A stretch of 64,000 bases of DNA from an uncultured Desulfohalobiaceae bacterium (GTDB lineage Bacteria > Desulfobacterota > Desulfovibrionia > Desulfovibrionales > Desulfothermaceae), in assembly GCA_964403955.1 (NCBI GenBank), contig CAYOID010000006.1, positions 3,867 to 67,866 of the forward strand, in the 5' to 3' direction. The notes beneath the pieces are model-generated. The model had not been told where the DNA came from. It did not search any database and was given only the letters and a program-made list of their open reading frames with translations. The position numbers and the translations under genes are program-made. Each line of letters starts with the position of its first letter. Position 1 is the stretch's first letter. Below, piece by piece: positions 1 through 8,284 of the stretch.

Positions 1-560
1 ACCTGGCCAAAGTAGTAGGCCTCATCCCTGTTGGCATGAATGGAGTGATCCACGACCATGGTTTCGCTGTTGGCATAAGAGACAGGGTCGTCCTTGAGAA
101 AGACGCTGCAGTAAAAGGTCTGATCGTAGACTGAAAGGCGGATGGTCTTGAACGAGGCGTTGGCCGCCACATGACAGGGCACGAAGAAGCGATAGGTCAG
201 CTGGCCGTCCTGGATCGATGCGGAGAAGTCCTTCACGTAGTCGACCTTGAACGGCGTGCCGTTGATTTTGATGTGGGTGAAGTAGTTGAACTTGCGAAGG
301 TTGGCAAAGTACGTCTGCTCGAGCTTTTTGGCTTCCGGGTCCTCAAGGGTCTTGTTGCCGTTGGCATCAAAATCGAGGATGATCATGTTGCTGAACATCT
401 CGTCAAAGACCCAGGTCATCTCAAAACCGGACAGACCTTTGTCGTCAAAGACAACGTCGACCGATGTGGTGAAGAAGACATGGGGGTGGGACCAGGAGGT
501 GCCTGCAACCAGGCAGGCCAGAAAGGTCGCGATCCCGATGAGAGCCTTGCGCTGGACCAT
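1..560 (-). CDS. DUF1007-family periplasmic protein, N-terminal part only (gene runs off the window start)
   Basis: My own minus-strand translation from the ATG at 558-560 reads MVQRKALIGIATFLACLVAGTSWSHPHVFFTTSVDVVFDDKGLSGFEMTWVFDEMF... It has a signal peptide followed by HPHVF, as in DUF1007 proteins that accompany Ni/Co-type permeases. It is absent from the ORF track because it is open at the window edge. Confidence 0.6.
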   Translation of the reverse strand, partial: MVQRKALIGIATFLACLVAGTSWSHPHVFFTTSVDVVFDDKGLSGFEMTWVFDEMFSNMIILDFDANGNKTLEDPEAKKLEQTYFANLRKFNYFTHIKINGTPFKVDYVKDFSASIQDGQLTYRFFVPCHVAANASFKTIRLSVYDQTFYCSVFLKDDPVSYANSETMVVDHSIHANRDEAYYFGQ

Positions 561-1137
561 ATCTGAAAGACGAAGTATGACCTTGAATACCGGTACCTCG
601 AGATCCGAATGACCGGTCTCGATGCATGCCAAGCCGAAGGTATGGTCCTGGATGTGCGTTGTCAAGCAAGGCAAAAGAGCGGGAAACCTTTTGTCATGCT
701 CATGAACGTTATGCGGGCAGGAGAGCCGAGTTGACCACCACAAACACCGAGGTCCTGTGGTGGAGCAACGCGGCCAGTCAGGGGCTGAGCACCCCGTCAA
801 TGGCCAGAGCGATGAGGGTCCTGAGGAGAAAGGCTTGTGCAGTCACGCGGGTCTCCTTCAGGGCAGCCCCGGGCTGTGCTCGGACGACACTCGGCTCAGG
901 GCCGAGAAATGCTCTGCCCACGGACCCACCAGACAAAGAGACACCGATTTGCCAGTCGGCCCGCCGCCCGAGCGGCGGCTTGTTTTCTCCTGGCCAGAGC
1001 CTGCCCCGTTGTCACAAACGGGGTTGGCCAGGCGGAAGAACTAAGGGTCCGTCAGCGTCTATGTGCGTCGAATGAGACCGTGAACGGGATGCTCAAAGCT
1101 CTTCTCTGCAATGTTCACGGGGACACGTGTGCGCGAT

Positions 1138-1168
1138 GCTCCGTCCAGGCCGACGGCCTGGACGGAGC
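1138..1168 (-). terminator. terminator-like hairpin after the binding-protein gene
   Basis: Perfect 14-bp stem GCTCCGTCCAGGCC-GAC-GGCCTGGACGGAGC lies just downstream of the stop at 1180. There is no U-tract, so function is uncertain. Confidence 0.3.
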
Positions 1169-1179
1169 TTGCGTCAGGG

Positions 1180-2181
1180 TTAGTCGGTCAAGGCCACGGC
1201 CCATTTCCTGAGCACTGTGGGGTATTCGATCACCCCGGAGTCGATGTAGCCCGGCAGGCCGAAGACGTTCATCTCCCTGATCGCCGTGACCTCCCGGAGG
1301 TCCGGGTTGTGCCTGGAAAAGCCGTGAAGGGCCTTCTGAACGGCCATCACATCCCCGGTGGCCACGATGACGTCCGGGTCGGCCGCCAGCAATGGGGAGA
1401 GGTCGAAACCGTGCCTGCTCTTGCGGACCATGAAGTGGCCCTTGACCGGCTTTTCCCCGGCTGGGTTGAAGGCGTTGCCCTCGTTGGTGCAGCCCAGGGG
1501 CTTCAGCAGGAAGCGGTCCGCATACCCGCCTGGGGCCTCGACCTGCAGAAGAGACTTGCCCGTGGCCGGCTGATAGGTCCCCTTGATGATGACCACGCTC
1601 TTGTTCAGCGGCTCCTCGGGGAGCATCTCCCTGGTCCTCTTGAGGTTCTTGGCATAGGCCTCGATGAGGCCCTCCGCCTTGGACTCCCTGCCGACCAGGT
1701 CTGCAGTCCGGCGGATGGCCGATTCCAGACCGTTGGAGAAGTCGACGTAGCGGATGTCCACATCCAGCCCGTCGAGCAATGGGACCACGTTTTCCGGGTC
1801 CACATCTGGCTTGTACAGGCAGTAGTGCTCGTTCCTCTCGACGATCACCTCCCTGATGCCCTTCCGGGTCAGGGCCTTGGGGACGGCGTCCTGTTTCTTG
1901 ACCGTCACGCAGTTGGGGCAGCCCAGGATCTGGGAGACCGTCTTGAGCTTTTTGGCCATGGGCCACAGCCCCCCGCGCACGGACATGGCCTCGGGGAGCA
2001 CCCCGAGGTGATAGGCGATATCCACCACCCTGTCCCCGATGATCACGGCCTTGATCCTCTCCGGCGGAGGGGACTTCATCCCGGCCATGGCCTGGGGGGC
2101 CTGGAGCAGGACGGCCAGAAGCAGGGCCAGGACCGGGGCCCAGATGCTGAGACAATGAACGTGACTGGGTTCGCTCTTCAT
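1180..2181 (-). CDS. periplasmic substrate-binding protein, Fe-siderophore/B12 type (class 8, Peripla_BP_2-like); no cognate permease adjacent
   Basis: ORF track, 333 aa. It has a signal peptide (APVLALLLAVLLQAPQAMA) and an AAAGGAGA RBS. The motifs IKAVIIGDRVVDIAYHLGVLPE and DPDVIVATGDV fit this binding-protein class. It lies 19 nt downstream of the OM barrel gene. Confidence 0.75.
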   Translation of the reverse strand: MKSEPSHVHCLSIWAPVLALLLAVLLQAPQAMAGMKSPPPERIKAVIIGDRVVDIAYHLGVLPEAMSVRGGLWPMAKKLKTVSQILGCPNCVTVKKQDAVPKALTRKGIREVIVERNEHYCLYKPDVDPENVVPLLDGLDVDIRYVDFSNGLESAIRRTADLVGRESKAEGLIEAYAKNLKRTREMLPEEPLNKSVVIIKGTYQPATGKSLLQVEAPGGYADRFLLKPLGCTNEGNAFNPAGEKPVKGHFMVRKSRHGFDLSPLLAADPDVIVATGDVMAVQKALHGFSRHNPDLREVTAIREMNVFGLPGYIDSGVIEYPTVLRKWAVALTD

Positions 2182-2200
2182 GATGCTCTCCTTTGATGGG

Positions 2201-3229
2201 TTAGAACTTGAAGGCCAGTTTGGCGCAGATGCGGTAGTCTTCGGACAGCTGGACGCCGTTCAGGTCCCGGTAGATCGGGATTGGTGTGCACAGGTCCAGG
2301 TGCATCCCCTTGGAGAACTTGAAATGGACCCCAGGGGAGAGGTAGAGGATGTGTCCGCCTGTGTTGTCCTTTTTCTGCCCCTCCAGCTCGGCCTTGCTCT
2401 TGACGACTCCGTTGAGCTCCAGCTGCAGGTCGAAGAACCTGGAGAGGGCGTAGGCGTACCCGAGGTTGTACTTGAACATGTCCGGTCTCTCGAAGTCCCG
2501 GTCACCGAGCTCGCCTTCGGTGGTCAGCTGATACATGAGGTAGCCGGACAACCAGTGCCGTCCCATGACCTTGTGGGCGCCGAGCTCGAACACAGGGTCC
2601 CAGGAACCGGAACCGGTCTGGAGGAAGCCTGGAAGGCACGTGTCGCTTGAATCCTCTTCATCCGTCTTTCCAGTGGGCATCTTCAATCCGGCCCCAATGG
2701 CCAGGTTGAAGGGGTCCTTTTGTTTCTGGGCCAGCAGACGGTAGCGCCCGACGAGCTTGATGTCCCCGAGGCCTGAATTGTCGTCCGTGAAGTCCTTGTT
2801 GAAGGACTGGCGCTTCATCTCCTTGTCGAAATAGGGGATGATCAGCCGGGCATCGAGGTTTTCCAGCAACCCGGCCCGAAGGGTGAGCTGGTACTGCTGC
2901 ATGGTCCTTTCCCGGCACTTCTTGCCTGGTTTCTGCCCTTTTTTGGGCCGGACGAAATCGACCTCGTCGTTCCCATCATAGAGCTGATCCTGCTCGACAT
3001 GGTGGTACTTGAAGATGATCCCGAACTGCCCTTTCTCGTACACGCCTCCATTGCTCGAATTCACCAGCCCCACCGGTTTTGGCCCCTTGTTCTGCTTCTT
3101 GTCCTGGGCAGCCTGGACCTGAGGGGCCTGGAGGAGGACCGTCAGGAGCACCGCCAGGAGGGCTGTCAGGGCTGCGGCCCAGGTTCTGCGAAGAGGACAA
3201 GGGCGCTGTTTTCCCGGTTCCATGTGCAT
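2201..3229 (-). CDS. outer-membrane beta-barrel protein (transporter / MetA-pathway-like OMP family)
   Basis: ORF track, 342 aa. It has a signal peptide ending QVQAAQ, alternating beta-strand pattern throughout, and a C-terminal ...AKLAFKF with terminal Phe. RBS is AAAGGAGAGCATC-ATG. Confidence 0.7.
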   Translation of the reverse strand: MHMEPGKQRPCPLRRTWAAALTALLAVLLTVLLQAPQVQAAQDKKQNKGPKPVGLVNSSNGGVYEKGQFGIIFKYHHVEQDQLYDGNDEVDFVRPKKGQKPGKKCRERTMQQYQLTLRAGLLENLDARLIIPYFDKEMKRQSFNKDFTDDNSGLGDIKLVGRYRLLAQKQKDPFNLAIGAGLKMPTGKTDEEDSSDTCLPGFLQTGSGSWDPVFELGAHKVMGRHWLSGYLMYQLTTEGELGDRDFERPDMFKYNLGYAYALSRFFDLQLELNGVVKSKAELEGQKKDNTGGHILYLSPGVHFKFSKGMHLDLCTPIPIYRDLNGVQLSEDYRICAKLAFKF

Positions 3230-3366
3230 GATGCTCTCCTTTGTCTGGTTAGAGGTTCAAAGCCACAGCGGATGGGAACAGTCGATACAAGGACCCTGAG
3301 CCAGGCCAGGATCAGGCTGAGGAGCTTTCCGGCTCCTTGCGCCTTCATGACGGCAGCTCCTGGAAC

Positions 3367-3448
3367 AAAAAAAGGCGCAAACGGCAGAAGCGGGAGCTCA
3401 GCCCTTTACGCCTTCACTGGTTCCGTCCTGAGCCGGAACCCGTAAGAC
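3367..3448 (-). promoter_or_regulatory. leader element L1: GUCUUACGG-hairpin-AGUGAAGGCG overlapping an intrinsic terminator
   Basis: The minus strand reads UGUCUUACGG GUUCCG-GCUCAGGA-CGGAACC AGUGAAGGCGUAAAGGG...UUUGCGCCUUUUUUU, about 138 nt upstream of the OMP start. The same architecture occurs at 11807-11893 and 13654-13731. Confidence 0.55.
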
Positions 3449-3540
3449 ACAGCCGGTTTCAGACCACCGGCTCACTCACTAAGGGATCATCAAAAGGCTC
3501 CCGGCAGACAAGCCAAGAGCGTCGCTGATCAACCTGCATT

Positions 3541-3876
3541 GATCCATGAGGCCATTACCTGCCTGTCCACAACCGCGATGCTGGCTGTGATCACAAAAGA
3601 CAATCCAACCGTGGTTGCAATCACGGCGATCATGCGCAGCCCAAGCCGGCCCCCGGCGCTCCGGGTGAGGGTCACAGCTGCTGAGGCAGCCAGGCTCCCG
3701 CCCCCCACGGATCAGGCTGGCCGCCTTGACGTTGCTGTGCTCGGACTTGATCCTCGCAAGGCCTTTGCAGCGCTGGACATACAGGCTGGCCTGCCCTGCC
3801 CTGCCTTGAAGCGGATGGCGGGGATCTTCAGCCTGATCCTGCCCGGGATGGCATGATGGAGAATGATCTCGTTCAT
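3541..3876 (-). pseudogene. possible frameshifted remnant of a PGRIRL-type heavy-metal-associated-like N-terminal domain
   Basis: The minus strand from ATG 3874-3876 gives MNEIILHHAIPGRIRLKIPAIRFKAGQGRPA..., then stops. A second frame continues LYVQRCKGLARIKSEHSNVKAASLI... There is no RBS and no intact ORF of 60 aa or more on this strand. Confidence 0.25.
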
Positions 3877-3992
3877 GATTGGGTCGTGCCTGTCAGCTCA
3901 GACTCTGATAAAACTGACATGTCGGGTTTGCTCATGGCGAGGACCGGGTCACCGCGAACCGCTCCACGCCATGAGCGTTCCAGGGCCAATGG

Positions 3993-5249
3993 CTAGAACT
4001 CAATCGCCAGCTGGGTGGTCAGGAGGTCCCGTTCGTCGTCGTTCTCAAACTCGCCGTGGAGGTACTCGAGGGCGATGGACGTGTTCGCGAACAGGCTGTA
4101 GGTGATGGCCGCGCCATACTGGGTTTCGGGGAGCAGGTCGCCCAGGTCGTCGCCCCCTTCATAGCGCAGGGCCAGTTCCAGGTCTTCAATGGGGACAAAG
4201 GCCAGCTCAAGGTTCCAGGCCTTGGGTTCATAGTCTTTGCCGCCGTCAAAACTCAGCTCCCCGGCCTCAAAGGTGTCCAGGGCCCCGACGTACTCGGCCT
4301 CGAGAAAGAACCGCTCCTGGTAGGAGACGCTCACGAAGGACCCCAGCCCCCCGACATGGTCGGCAACTTCGCCCGGGGTCTCCCCTTCAAGGCCGTCGCT
4401 GTCGGCAAGGTTGGAGATGTAGGAGACACCGGCCATCAGGCCGAGATCCGGAAGGGACTCTTCCGGCAGGGTGAAGGTGGCGCTGGCCACATATCCCTTG
4501 ATGTGGTCGTCCTCCCCGGTCTCATCGATATCCCCGTTGAACCCGGCCAGACAGAGGTCGAACATGTCGTTGGCGAACCCGACCTTGACCGCGCTCTCCC
4601 GGGTCTCCCCGAGCTCCAGGGTCAGAGGGTCGCTGATGAAGTGGCTCTCATAGTATCCAAAGGGGACGTACATCTTTCCGGCGTTGAGGTAGAGGGGGAC
4701 CACGTCTTCGCCGTCCAGGATGATGAACCCCTCATCCACGACCACCTCCTCGGTGTCGTCCTCTTCCCACAAGAAGAGCACGTGCCCGCCGACGTGCTTG
4801 GCGATGTCGGCGTCAACCCCGAGCTCCACCGTGGCCAGGGTGATGTCGCTGGACTCCTCGTCGTCGACGTCCGGATCAGCGAAATCGATGCTCTCGTACC
4901 CGGCCTCGACCTCCACGACCCCGCTGAAGGTCAAGCGTTCGGACAACGTGCCCAGCAGGGGTTTTTTCTCAAGCTGCTCTTCGACCCTGCGGACCCGGTC
5001 GGCCAGGCCCTTGACCCCGATGGAGCTGTCTTCGTGGACGTCGCTGGTCGATTCTGCAGCTGCGGGTGCAGCTTTCAATTGCGATTCCAGCTGCTCCAGG
5101 CGCTTCTTCGTGGTCTCCAGCTCCTGCATGAGCTCATAGTTTGACAACTCCGCGGCCAGAGCCGGACATGTGAGCAGAGACCCGCCGACCAGGAGGCATG
5201 CCAGGGCCAGGACGAGCTTCTTTGCCGCCCGTTGTGTTCTTGTGTTCAT
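3993..5249 (-). CDS. porin with N-terminal coiled coil and C-terminal beta-barrel (LbtU-like siderophore-porin look)
   Basis: The ORF track entry 3993..5375 is trimmed to MNTRTQRAAKKLVLALACLLVGGSLLTCPALA, which has an AAGGAGA RBS. It contains the coiled coil ELETTKKRLEQLESQLK, an acidic beta-strand-rich body, and ends ...QLAIEF. Confidence 0.7.
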   Translation of the reverse strand: MNTRTQRAAKKLVLALACLLVGGSLLTCPALAAELSNYELMQELETTKKRLEQLESQLKAAPAAAESTSDVHEDSSIGVKGLADRVRRVEEQLEKKPLLGTLSERLTFSGVVEVEAGYESIDFADPDVDDEESSDITLATVELGVDADIAKHVGGHVLFLWEEDDTEEVVVDEGFIILDGEDVVPLYLNAGKMYVPFGYYESHFISDPLTLELGETRESAVKVGFANDMFDLCLAGFNGDIDETGEDDHIKGYVASATFTLPEESLPDLGLMAGVSYISNLADSDGLEGETPGEVADHVGGLGSFVSVSYQERFFLEAEYVGALDTFEAGELSFDGGKDYEPKAWNLELAFVPIEDLELALRYEGGDDLGDLLPETQYGAAITYSLFANTSIALEYLHGEFENDDERDLLTTQLAIEF

Positions 5250-5524
5250 GGTGTCCTTCTCTCCTTGTGCTGAAGTGATGTGAAAGCGGGTGCGCACCTC
5301 ACGTGCGCCACCCTGTTTCCAGACGCAAAAAAACGCAGCAGCTCGACATGAGTGACAGACCTGCTGCGCCTTCACTTGCTCCGACGTGATTCAGAACCCG
5401 CAAGACACCGCTGACCTTGTGATGCGCCCCGTGACGCTTCCCAAGGATAGCTTTCAGCCGACTCCGGGCGGGGATCTCGCTGCAGTGGTCATGAGCATGG
5501 TGTTGGGTCCGGTTTGAGAGCCCT

Positions 5525-6385
5525 TCAGTGCGACTCCTCATCGGGTCTCTTGGGCTGATTGGGGATCTGGAAGACCAGGGTGGCTGTCCGCTTCATCCGG
5601 GTGTACTGTTCACGGTCTTCGCCTTGAGCGTCGACCTTGATGAAGTAGCGGACGTACCAGCGGCCGGGATGGGGGATGGGTATCTGAACCACGCCCCCGC
5701 TCACTCTGGTCTTGGGGTAGAAGTTGTCCTCGGCCTGGGTGGAAAAGCCGTTCAGCGTGGCGTCCCAGGTACCCTCGCCCGTGTAGGGCCGGCCGTCGAA
5801 AAAGACCTCCAGCTCCAGGGTCTCCCCAGCCTTGAGCCCGGTGATGTCCCGGGTGGGCACCAGCTCCAGGGGCAGCCCGATGTGCCTGGGGAAGGTTGTG
5901 GAAGGCTCTTCGCAGACCACGTAGGACTTGGTGTACTGTTTGCTGAAGAGGCTCTTGGTGACCTCCCGGGCCCTGTCGGCGATGGCGCTCTTGGGCTTGA
6001 TGGTGCGCCTTTTGCGGCCCTTTGTGTCGATGTACACCGTGTAGTAGCCGGGGTTGGTCTCTGCTGTCAGGGCATAGGTCCCGGGCTGGTCGTACCTGAT
6101 CATGTAGGAGTGGAGGCAGGTTTCGTCACGGATCCCGATGTCCTGGACCTCCCCATCGGGCTTGTGGACCTGGACGGACTTGAGCTTGTTGGCCCGGACG
6201 CCGTCGTCCACAGGGAAGTGATGCCCGTAGCAGAAGAACAGGGGAGTTTCCTTTCCTTCGGAGACCGTGTACCGGCTGGACTGAATGTAGAGGGAATGCG
6301 CCATGGACATGGTCGGGACCAGAAGGACCGCGGCCAGCACCGCGTACACGGCCGCTTGAACCTGAAGTGTCGGATGAATTCGCAT
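5525..6385 (-). CDS. DUF4198-domain periplasmic protein (Ni/Co-uptake-associated family), copy A
   Basis: ORF track, 286 aa. It has a signal peptide with predicted cleavage SMA|HSLYIQ, an AAGGAGA RBS, and is a paralogue of 7390..8193. Confidence 0.75.
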   Translation of the reverse strand: MRIHPTLQVQAAVYAVLAAVLLVPTMSMAHSLYIQSSRYTVSEGKETPLFFCYGHHFPVDDGVRANKLKSVQVHKPDGEVQDIGIRDETCLHSYMIRYDQPGTYALTAETNPGYYTVYIDTKGRKRRTIKPKSAIADRAREVTKSLFSKQYTKSYVVCEEPSTTFPRHIGLPLELVPTRDITGLKAGETLELEVFFDGRPYTGEGTWDATLNGFSTQAEDNFYPKTRVSGGVVQIPIPHPGRWYVRYFIKVDAQGEDREQYTRMKRTATLVFQIPNQPKRPDEESH

Positions 6386-6463
6386 GCTCTCTCCTTAGAT
6401 TGAGGTGATGCGCTGGACATGCCCCGGCAGAGCCTTGCCGGACATCTGTTCCGGGTCCTGCCC

Positions 6464-6700
6464 TCAGAAGTGTTTGTGCGAAGACCGGAAGTCCAGGACC
6501 TGAAAAGTCCTTTTCTGCCCCTGCGGCTTCGGCCGGCACTCCCGGCTTGCCTCCGCGATGAGCTGAACCAGGGCCTGGAAACCCTCCTCCCGGAGATGCA
6601 GGGTCACCCCGGGGACGTGGACCTTGTACTGGCCGCAGCTGCAGCGGGAGACACTGCCGAAACCGGCTATGACCGAGAGCTTTGTCAGTTCATGCTTCAT
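6464..6700 (-). CDS. hypothetical 78-aa protein (CxC motif)
   Basis: ORF track. A GAGGAGG RBS lies 9 nt upstream of the ATG, which is 15 nt after the preceding stop. The sequence MKHELTKLSVIAGFGSVSRCSCGQYKVHVPGVTLHL... matches no family I recognise. Confidence 0.45.
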   Translation of the reverse strand: MKHELTKLSVIAGFGSVSRCSCGQYKVHVPGVTLHLREEGFQALVQLIAEASRECRPKPQGQKRTFQVLDFRSSHKHF

Positions 6701-6715
6701 GGCGGGACAACCTCC

Positions 6716-6901
6716 TCAGTCGGTGCTGTTTGGGCCCTCATCATCCGATGTCCAGTCATCAAGCCCTGTTTTGGGGGCTGAAGGGCATCCCTCGCAGCTC
6801 CCGCAGCAGCTCCCCGGGGCGGTCTTGACGGTCCGGGTGAAGCGCCAGACAAGGTAACCCACAGCCAGCCCGCAGATGAGAATCACGACAAGGGTCTGCA
6901 T
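6716..6901 (-). CDS. FeoB-associated Cys-rich membrane protein
   Basis: Internal start within ORF 6716..7090: MQTLVVILICGLAVGYLVWRFTRTVKTAPGSCCGSCEGCPSAPK... This is one TM helix followed by a Cys cluster. RBS is GAGGAGGACACC-ATG. Confidence 0.75.
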   Translation of the reverse strand: MQTLVVILICGLAVGYLVWRFTRTVKTAPGSCCGSCEGCPSAPKTGLDDWTSDDEGPNSTD

Positions 6902-7137
6902 GGTGTCCTCCTCAAAAAAACAGTCAGTCCTCCGGGTCTGCAAACCCCAGGGCAATGAGCCCATAGATCCCGGTGAGAACCACAAGGCCCGGTCTGCCGG
7001 TGCCAGACCAGGTACACCAGGAGGCAGGCCAGTAGGCCGACGATCTTGCCTGCCGGCACGGTGAAGTTCAGCTCCCGGTAGATGGACCATTTGCTAAAGC
7101 AGTGGCTGAGATGTTCGACTTCGATGACCGGCTTCAC
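6883..7137 (-). pseudogene. remnant of an ABC-transporter ATPase (first ~35 aa only)
   Basis: The ORF begins VKPVIEVEHLSHCFSKWSIYRELNFTVPAGKIVGLL, a typical lead-in to a Walker A motif. No GxxGxGKT follows in any frame, and the ORF then runs into the next gene. Confidence 0.5.
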
Positions 7138-7389
7138 ACAAAGCTCCTTTCAGACCAGGCACCTGGCCGGGCTGAGGACTTGAAGGTGAAAGAAGGGAGC
7201 CTGCCGGCCGGGGCTGTCCCTGCGGGCAGGCTCTGCCCTTCTCCCTTCCTTCCTCTTCCTCTGTGTCCTGTTCCCGGGAAGCTCCCGGGAATGGTCCAGG
7301 TGTTTTTTCAGAACGCAGAGTTAAAGGTTTATCAAACGCAATGAGGCACATCTAACAACGGCCGCCAAAAAAAAGCGGCCATTGCTCCT

Positions 7390-8193
7390 CTACTTCATGT
7401 CCCTGGCCTGGACCCAGATCACGGCGTCCTGGGACAGCTCCTTGCCCTTGAACTCGGTATCCGGCCCGGTTCCCAGGGCGCAGAAGCCCCACCAGCCGGC
7501 CTTGGGCAGCCCGAAGGTGAACTCGCCGTTGACATTGGCCTTGATGGTCATGGTCACGAAGGAATCCTGAGGCGCATTCACCTTGGCCTGCTTGGCAAAG
7601 GCGTTCTTGTCCATGAGCGGTTCGTGATTCAGGTACTCGACCTCGATTTCGGCATAGGGCACCGGCTTGCCTGCGCTCTTGACGATGCCCCTGAAGACGT
7701 TGCCGGTCCACAGGGCGTAGGGCTTGTCCAGAGGCACGATCTCCGTGGGCAGCCCGATCTCCGAGTCCCAGTCCGTGGGGAAGCCGGCCGTGTTCACGAC
7801 CACCTTGGTGATCTGCTGGATGTAGGCGTCCTCCTTGCTTTCAAAGTAAGGCGCGGGCACCAGGCAGAAGACATTGTCCCCCATGCCCCGCAGGCGGTAG
7901 GAGGTCTCATAGGCCTTGCCGCTGTTGGACAGGCTGGTCCAGGTCGTGGCCTTGAGGGTGTCCAGGAGGTCGGTCTTGCGCCCTTTGCGGACCACGAAGA
8001 ACTCCTCGGGCTGGCCCATGTCCATGGTGTGCCCGGCATCGAAGGGATGGGTGAAGAACAGCTTGAGGTCGATTGGCCCGCCCTTGTTCAAAGCCGATTC
8101 AGGGGTGTAGATGGTCTGGAAGTGGGCCTGAGCCGGCAGGCTCATCAGGACCATGATCCCCAGGACGGCGGCCAGTGTGAACAGCTTTTTCAT
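7390..8193 (-). CDS. DUF4198-domain periplasmic protein, copy B
   Basis: ORF track, 267 aa. It has a signal peptide with predicted cleavage AQA|HFQTIY and an AAAGGAGA RBS. Confidence 0.8.
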   Translation of the reverse strand: MKKLFTLAAVLGIMVLMSLPAQAHFQTIYTPESALNKGGPIDLKLFFTHPFDAGHTMDMGQPEEFFVVRKGRKTDLLDTLKATTWTSLSNSGKAYETSYRLRGMGDNVFCLVPAPYFESKEDAYIQQITKVVVNTAGFPTDWDSEIGLPTEIVPLDKPYALWTGNVFRGIVKSAGKPVPYAEIEVEYLNHEPLMDKNAFAKQAKVNAPQDSFVTMTIKANVNGEFTFGLPKAGWWGFCALGTGPDTEFKGKELSQDAVIWVQARDMK

Positions 8194-8284
8194 CGCACAG
8201 TCTCCTTTGTTTGCATGGTTTTCTGGGTTCAGGGTTCAAAGTTGCAGATGTCGACTCCGGTTGAACCCGGTGCCGGCATCCGGT

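Noticed and set aside
171-566. 131-aa plus-strand ORF at the window start
   Set aside because: It lies antisense to the DUF1007 reading frame, which has a signal peptide and the HPHVF motif.
778-846. 22-codon ORF VTAQAFLLRTLIALAIDGVLSP with a strong GAAGGAGA RBS
   Set aside because: It is too short to judge and has a GTG start. It could be a leader peptide, so it is mentioned under the 561-1179 finding rather than called as a gene.
3367-3448. Possibility that leaders L1, L2 and L3 are additional cobalamin riboswitches
   Set aside because: They lack GCCACUG, the B12 box (AGUCAGAAGACCUGCC-like) and the GGGAA/GGUG elements that are obvious in the two true copies. They are also only about 80 nt long.
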